64,000 nt of DNA from Gemmatales bacterium (GTDB lineage Bacteria; Planctomycetota; Planctomycetia; Gemmatales; HRBIN36). The notes under the pieces are model-generated. The model saw nothing but the letters and a program-made list of their open reading frames with translations. It made no database searches and was not told the DNA's origin. A program made the translations under genes and the position numbers. Of this stretch, positions 59,154 through 64,000 are shown one piece after another (the stretch's first letter is position 1; the number at the start of each line of letters is the position of its first letter). The DNA lies in assembly GCA_041640595.1 (NCBI GenBank), contig JBEPZY010000001.1:480001-544000 (forward strand), written 5' to 3'.

Positions 59154-59720
59154 GTGGCGATTGAATACAGCGACGTGCGAAAAGGCATGGTAATTGTCGG
59201 AGAGGACAATCAGCTTTACCACGTCCTCGACCGCAACCTGAACACGCCCGGTAACTGGCGGGCGATGTTGACGTTGAAATTGCGCAATCTCAAGACCGGC
59301 ACGATCATCGAAAAACGTGTGAGACCAGATGAGAAAGTGGAGACGGCGTTTCTTGAAAAACGGGAAATGGAGTACATCTACCAGGATCAGAGCGGCTATG
59401 TGTTCATGGACCTGGAAACCTACGACCAGGTTACGCTCGCGCCAGAGTTAGTTGGCGAGTTGATGCAATTCATGAAACCCAATACGCGGGCCCAGGTAAT
59501 CATGTTCGAAGGCAAACCCATTAGCGTCGAACTGCCGCCCACTGTCGAACTGGAAGTAGTGGAGACCGAGCCGAGTATTAAAGGGGCGACGGCAGCGGCA
59601 CAATACAAGCCGGCTATTCTGGAAACCGGCCTGCGTATTATGGTGCCGCCTTTTATCAATGTCGGCGAAAAGATTCGTGTGGACACACGCACCGGCGAGT
59701 ATCTCGAGCGCGTCAAGTAA
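59154..59720 (+). CDS. efp: Elongation factor P
   Basis: KLRNLKTG, FMDLETYDQ, KPAILETG...VPPFI.GEKIRVDTRTGEYLER; GTG start after GGAGGG. Confidence 0.95.
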   Translation: MAIEYSDVRKGMVIVGEDNQLYHVLDRNLNTPGNWRAMLTLKLRNLKTGTIIEKRVRPDEKVETAFLEKREMEYIYQDQSGYVFMDLETYDQVTLAPELVGELMQFMKPNTRAQVIMFEGKPISVELPPTVELEVVETEPSIKGATAAAQYKPAILETGLRIMVPPFINVGEKIRVDTRTGEYLERVK

Positions 59721-59741
59721 ACCCGCCAATAGCCTGACGCC

Positions 59742-60656
59742 CTAGCTATAGCGAACGAACCGTTGGCGAGCCTGTAGCCACTGCCGGAGTGAAGTCAGAG
59801 GATCGTCGCGGGTGGTTATCTGCCAGGTGTCCGTCTGGCACCCTTGCGTGCTGGTGGCGAATTGCTTTGCCAACTCTTCGGCAACATTGCTCCAGCCACC
59901 CCGCAGTTCGGCGCGGCCAGCGTCCACAAAGATACGCTGGCCCGTCTCACAATCTTCGAGGAAAAGCAAGCCTCGTGGCGGCAACGTAGATTCGGCCGGA
60001 TCGCTGACACGGAGGGCAACGAGTTCGTGTTTTTTCGCCAGTCGCGCCAACCCGCCAGCGTAGTCGGTGTCCAAAAAATCGGAAACGATAATCACCAAAG
60101 AGCGACGGCGTAGCACACGCCACAAGAAGAGGCTGGTTTCGTTGAGAGAAGTCCGCGTTGGTTGCGGTTGCTGATGCAGAAGCAGAGCAACGTAACGCAA
60201 CGCCAGACGCAGACCGCGGCGAGGAGGGAGGTAATGACGTACCGTCGAATCGAACAAGGCCAGACCAACCCGATCGCGATTGTAAGCCGCCAGTAACACA
60301 AGCAACGCAGCACACTCGACAGCAGTCTGCCATTTGGTGCGTGTGTCGCTGCCGAACCACATACTGCCGCTCTGGTCAACAGCCAGCACCACGGTAAGCT
60401 CGCGTTCCTCGATATAGCGTTTGACGAACGGTATGCCCAGCCGAGCGGTAGCTTTCCATTCGATAGCGCGAATGTCATCTCCGGGTTGATACTCGCGGAG
60501 TTCCTCAAAAGTGATACCAGCACCGCGAAACAGACTGGCGAACTGACCCCCAGCTCCACCTTCCAGGGCTCGCCGGGCTGCCAGATGTAGGCGTTGCAGC
60601 CAGACCCGCAAGGCGCCGGGAAACACAGAGGGCAGCGATTTTGTGACCGCGTTCAT
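59742..60656 (-). CDS. DUF58 domain protein (MoxR-associated, VWA-like)
   Basis: G..FEELREYQPGDDIRAIEWKATAR, EERE, DQSGSM, DRVGL and SDF. Confidence 0.92.
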   Translation of the reverse strand: MNAVTKSLPSVFPGALRVWLQRLHLAARRALEGGAGGQFASLFRGAGITFEELREYQPGDDIRAIEWKATARLGIPFVKRYIEERELTVVLAVDQSGSMWFGSDTRTKWQTAVECAALLVLLAAYNRDRVGLALFDSTVRHYLPPRRGLRLALRYVALLLHQQPQPTRTSLNETSLFLWRVLRRRSLVIIVSDFLDTDYAGGLARLAKKHELVALRVSDPAESTLPPRGLLFLEDCETGQRIFVDAGRAELRGGWSNVAEELAKQFATSTQGCQTDTWQITTRDDPLTSLRQWLQARQRFVRYS

Positions 60657-62440
60657 TCTTCCGCCGGGGTGCTGTACCAGAGGGCGACTTCAAATTCGCT
60701 AAGCAGGGGAACCAGCATAGCAGCGATCGTGAAACCGAACCCGCCAACCGTAACCAGAAACGACAGCAACGGATCACCGCTGGTGCCGGTGTAAGGGTTG
60801 TCCACGAGCACGTTCACCACCGCGTAAAACAGTCCGACCGGACAGAGCCATGATGAAATAAACAGCGCCAGTGATGGTTTTCTTCCCCCCAGCACAAACC
60901 ACATTCCGCCAATTCCCAGAGCCAGGAACAAAAGGAAGCTCGTAAACTGTGCTTCAATCCGACCAGCGACCAGTAACAGGTAGATACACACCAGTGTCCC
61001 CACAAACAGGAAGAAAATCGTGCCCAGGCTGTAGGCAATAGCAGCTCGCGTGCTCACATTGTGCAACCCGACATGCAAGCCCAACATCGCAGCAAATACC
61101 ACCAGAACCGCTGTGGCGATAAGCGTGTAAACCAGTACCTCCCACCCAATATATCCGGCCCAGGCATACGCGATTGTCAGCAGGAAAGCGGGCAGGGCGA
61201 TTTCTTTGGTGTTGTAAAGCACTCCCAGAAGCTTGCCGAAAATGAATTCCTTGGGCGTGATGTCGGTAACCAAAAGCAGGTCCAGGGAATTGAGGTCGCG
61301 TTCGTAAGTAATGGCGGTTACACCCTGGGCATTGATGAGCAACAACGAAAGCACCAGCACCGGAACAATGCCCAGGGCGGGGAGCAATCGGTCAGCACTC
61401 TGCTGGGAGCCAGCTGGAAGGCTTTGCCAGGCGGCGAAAGCAATCAGTCCGGCAACCAGCAGGTAAGCGGCCTTGATAAGGAGAGGACGACGACCGTAAC
61501 TTCGAGTGCAGAGCTCCCGCCACAACACCGGGTTGCTCCAAACCTCTCGCACTGGGCCAGGTTGGCTTACAGCGGGGGAAGGTTCGACAACGTCTTCTTC
61601 TTCGGGTGCCTCGCGTTGCTGGATAGGCTCACCACTGGGATTCCAGACACGGAGCTTCCATACTGCCAGCCCGCTCAGCATAGTTACCCAGGCGAGCATG
61701 GTCAGGGCAAAAGGCACAACGGAAAAAGCCGGCCAGCTCCCGGAATGCTGCGGAAGCAGAATCTGTGCCATCGCCCGGTAAGGATTGAGCCAATTCTGAG
61801 CATTGCCAACAATGCGAGCCACCAGCGGCTGGCCAGCCGTCAGGTACACCACCAGCCTCAGTGCCTCTACGAGGAGGAAATATAGCACCAGCACCAGCAC
61901 GGTCAGAGCCAGGGTTTGGAAGGTTTTTTCTCGCCAGAAGGCGACGAGATTTCCAAGGGCCCCGGCTGCCAGCGCACTGACGCACAGGACGACAAAGACG
62001 AGAACAATCTGCGTCCAGGATACGCCGCCCAGCAGCAGTAACATGGCCTGGATCGGTAACCCGGACAGCAACAGTAATCCGATTTGAGCGAGGCTACCTA
62101 AAAGTTTGCCCAGGACAATCTCAGCATCGCTCAGGTCGGTACACAGGAGCAGCACCAGGGTGCGCCGATCCTTTTCCATGGCCACAGCTGCGGCAGCAGT
62201 CAAGGCAGCGAAAAACAGAACCAGCGTCAGCTGCAGCCAGGCCAGCAGTTGGAATAAGAATGCTCCAAAGTCGGCGACTTCCTTCGGAGAAACGGTGCGC
62301 CCCCAGCCGCGACTGGCTTGCCAGGCGGTTACCGTCAGCACCCACAGACCAGCCAGATAAACGAACCGCAGCACGTAATGCCGGCCGCGACGCGGTAACG
62401 TGAATAACTCGCGTTGTAAGATGGGGCCAAAGAAATTCAT
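60653..62440 (-). CDS. Planctomycete ABC-2-type transporter permease (duplicated)
   Basis: GPILQREL, EKDRRTL.LLL.TDL...EIVLGKL repeated as ERDLNSLDLLLVTD...EFIFGKL; NPVLWRE. Confidence 0.8.
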   Translation of the reverse strand: MNFFGPILQRELFTLPRRGRHYVLRFVYLAGLWVLTVTAWQASRGWGRTVSPKEVADFGAFLFQLLAWLQLTLVLFFAALTAAAAVAMEKDRRTLVLLLCTDLSDAEIVLGKLLGSLAQIGLLLLSGLPIQAMLLLLGGVSWTQIVLVFVVLCVSALAAGALGNLVAFWREKTFQTLALTVLVLVLYFLLVEALRLVVYLTAGQPLVARIVGNAQNWLNPYRAMAQILLPQHSGSWPAFSVVPFALTMLAWVTMLSGLAVWKLRVWNPSGEPIQQREAPEEEDVVEPSPAVSQPGPVREVWSNPVLWRELCTRSYGRRPLLIKAAYLLVAGLIAFAAWQSLPAGSQQSADRLLPALGIVPVLVLSLLLINAQGVTAITYERDLNSLDLLLVTDITPKEFIFGKLLGVLYNTKEIALPAFLLTIAYAWAGYIGWEVLVYTLIATAVLVVFAAMLGLHVGLHNVSTRAAIAYSLGTIFFLFVGTLVCIYLLLVAGRIEAQFTSFLLFLALGIGGMWFVLGGRKPSLALFISSWLCPVGLFYAVVNVLVDNPYTGTSGDPLLSFLVTVGGFGFTIAAMLVPLLSEFEVALWYSTPAEE

Positions 62441-62458
62441 CGTTATTGCGGTGACGCT

Positions 62459-62929
62459 CTACGACATCTCCACACGTTCAATTTGCGATTGAAAACGGGC
62501 GATTGCCTCGCCGGGATTCATGTTGAACAAAACCCGGCCGACTTGCCAGCGCCGACCCGTAAATTGAAAAACAGCCGTCGCCGTGCGCGGAGCGTTAACG
62601 GCTGATTCGACAGCTTCTCCTGTAACCGGTTCAAAATAAATGTTGACGCCGACAAAAGCCAGCAATCGTCCATTCTTCTTGTCGCGAGCAAACTCGACGT
62701 CACGTTCCCATTCGCATTCTTTCCAGCGCAGACCGCGTGGTTTTTCGGACTGAACCGCAGCGTCGAAAAACTTCGCTTCGAGATATTCCCGTTGCAATGA
62801 AAACAACTCGCGTGCCCGTTCCGCCTCCACCTCGCGGTAGAAACGTCGCAACGGTCTCCAGGCCAGGATCACCGCTGCTACTGCCAGTGCAACTGCCGTT
62901 CCCAGTAAGCCCCATTCCAGCCCACTCAT
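62459..62929 (-). CDS. Hypothetical membrane protein
   Basis: N-terminal TM, KPRGLRW and ATAVF...W...FNMNP; co-oriented between smc and the permease. Confidence 0.7.
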   Translation of the reverse strand: MSGLEWGLLGTAVALAVAAVILAWRPLRRFYREVEAERARELFSLQREYLEAKFFDAAVQSEKPRGLRWKECEWERDVEFARDKKNGRLLAFVGVNIYFEPVTGEAVESAVNAPRTATAVFQFTGRRWQVGRVLFNMNPGEAIARFQSQIERVEMS

Positions 62930-63118
62930 AGTTGCCCCTTCCTGCCGCAGCCTGATACGGATTCTACGCCGAATGGGCGTTTGCTAACATTGTAGCCAGG
63001 TTCCCCCTGCAATTGCCAGTAGCGGGTCAAGGCAATTTTCTGGTTGCCCACTCCTGGGCTGGTAAACTTTAGCAACGCCCGAAGCTGGTGAGGTAAAGTA
63101 ACGGCTATCGAGGGTGCA

Positions 63119-64000
63119 TCACGCGGCTGATTCTCTGGCTGCACTGCCGACCGGGTTGGTGCTATTTTCGTCTGGCCAGTCCTCGAAACGGACTGCAATG
63201 GGTTTGGAGACACCCGACTCCTGCATGGTGATGCCGTAGAGTGTATCCACCGCCGTCATGGTCTTCTTGGAGTGCGTGATGACAATGAATTGAGCGACTT
63301 CGGTAAACTCCCGCAACACCGCCGTAAATCGGCCGATGCTCATTTCGTCGAGTGCAGCATCCACTTCGTCGAGAATGCAGAACGGGGTAGGCTTGCTGCG
63401 AAAGATCGCCAGCAGGATAGCGACGGCGACCAGGGTCTTTTCGCCACCGCTTAGAAGCGAAATACTCCGCAAATCTTTACCAGGAGGTCGGGCGACGATT
63501 TCGATACCGCTTTCCAGGGGCTGATCTGGATTTTCCAGAACGATGTCGGCCTGACCGCCCCCGAACAGTTTGCGGAATAATTCCTGGAAGTGGCCACGCA
63601 CAGATTCGAGCGTAGCCAGGAACAATTGCTGGCTCTCCCGATCAATGCGCTGGAGGATTTCGTCGAGGCTCCGGCGAGCGGCACGAAGATCGTCGAGCTG
63701 CATCTGCAGGGTTCGGGCACGCTCTTCGAGCTGGCTCAATTCGTCCAGGGCTTCGAGGTTGACGTTACCCAGGCGGGCGACACGCCGCTTCAGTTCAGAA
63801 ATTTCCAATTCCAGGGCGTTGCGGTCGGGCGGCACTTCCGGGGGCTGCCATTGCCGATAAAGCTCGAGCAGGTCCAGTTCATGCTCCTCGCGCAATCGGT
63901 TGGCCAGTTCCTGAAGGTGATGTTCCAGGTCGTGCTGACGGAGTTCATGCTGGTGTAACAAGCCCTGCTGGGCCTGCCATTTCTCGCGCAGGGCTTGCAG
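63119..64000 (-). CDS. smc: Chromosome segregation protein SMC, C-terminal part (runs off the window end)
   Basis: LGNVNL.A, LFGGG, PPGK, LSGGEK, PFCILDEVDAALDE, QFIVITH and GITMQE.GVS; frame open to position 64000. Confidence 0.95.
   Translation of the reverse strand: MQALREKWQAQQGLLHQHELRQHDLEHHLQELANRLREEHELDLLELYRQWQPPEVPPDRNALELEISELKRRVARLGNVNLEALDELSQLEERARTLQMQLDDLRAARRSLDEILQRIDRESQQLFLATLESVRGHFQELFRKLFGGGQADIVLENPDQPLESGIEIVARPPGKDLRSISLLSGGEKTLVAVAILLAIFRSKPTPFCILDEVDAALDEMSIGRFTAVLREFTEVAQFIVITHSKKTMTAVDTLYGITMQESGVSKPIAVRFEDWPDENSTNPVGSAARESAA

Overview
A 64-kb stretch of core chromosome from a planctomycete. The assignment (probably Gemmatales-like) is inferred from lineage-typical proteins: DUF1080, TIGR03000, the Pro-rich beta-barrel, DUF11 and an EF-P with a PGNWR loop. 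About 50 CDS are densely packed and mostly housekeeping: ispH, truB, def-fmt-rsmB, scpB, ccsA-hemA, rsmH, rpmF-plsX-fabD, ROK kinase, pgi, apgM, purC, efp and the 3' end of smc. There is one tRNA-Thr(CGT) and a probable 6S RNA. I see no transposase, integrase, phage gene or CRISPR array. The most unusual items are: (i) a ThiS/MoaD ubiquitin-like domain fused through its Gly-Gly to a MazG pyrophosphatase; (ii) a signal-peptide/CxxC/RLPP upstream ORF with a hairpin reaching the RBS in front of a beta-carbonic anhydrase-SulP pair, which converges on an OprO/P porin; (iii) a near-consensus sigma70 promoter plus terminator defining an unannotated ~75-nt RNA before the ROK kinase; (iv) a zincin / divergent enolase / MLE-superfamily / hydrolase cluster with altered catalytic motifs; (v) a DUF1080 fused to a CxxCH-bearing prenyltransferase-like barrel. 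All family calls come from motif recognition by eye, not from database searches.
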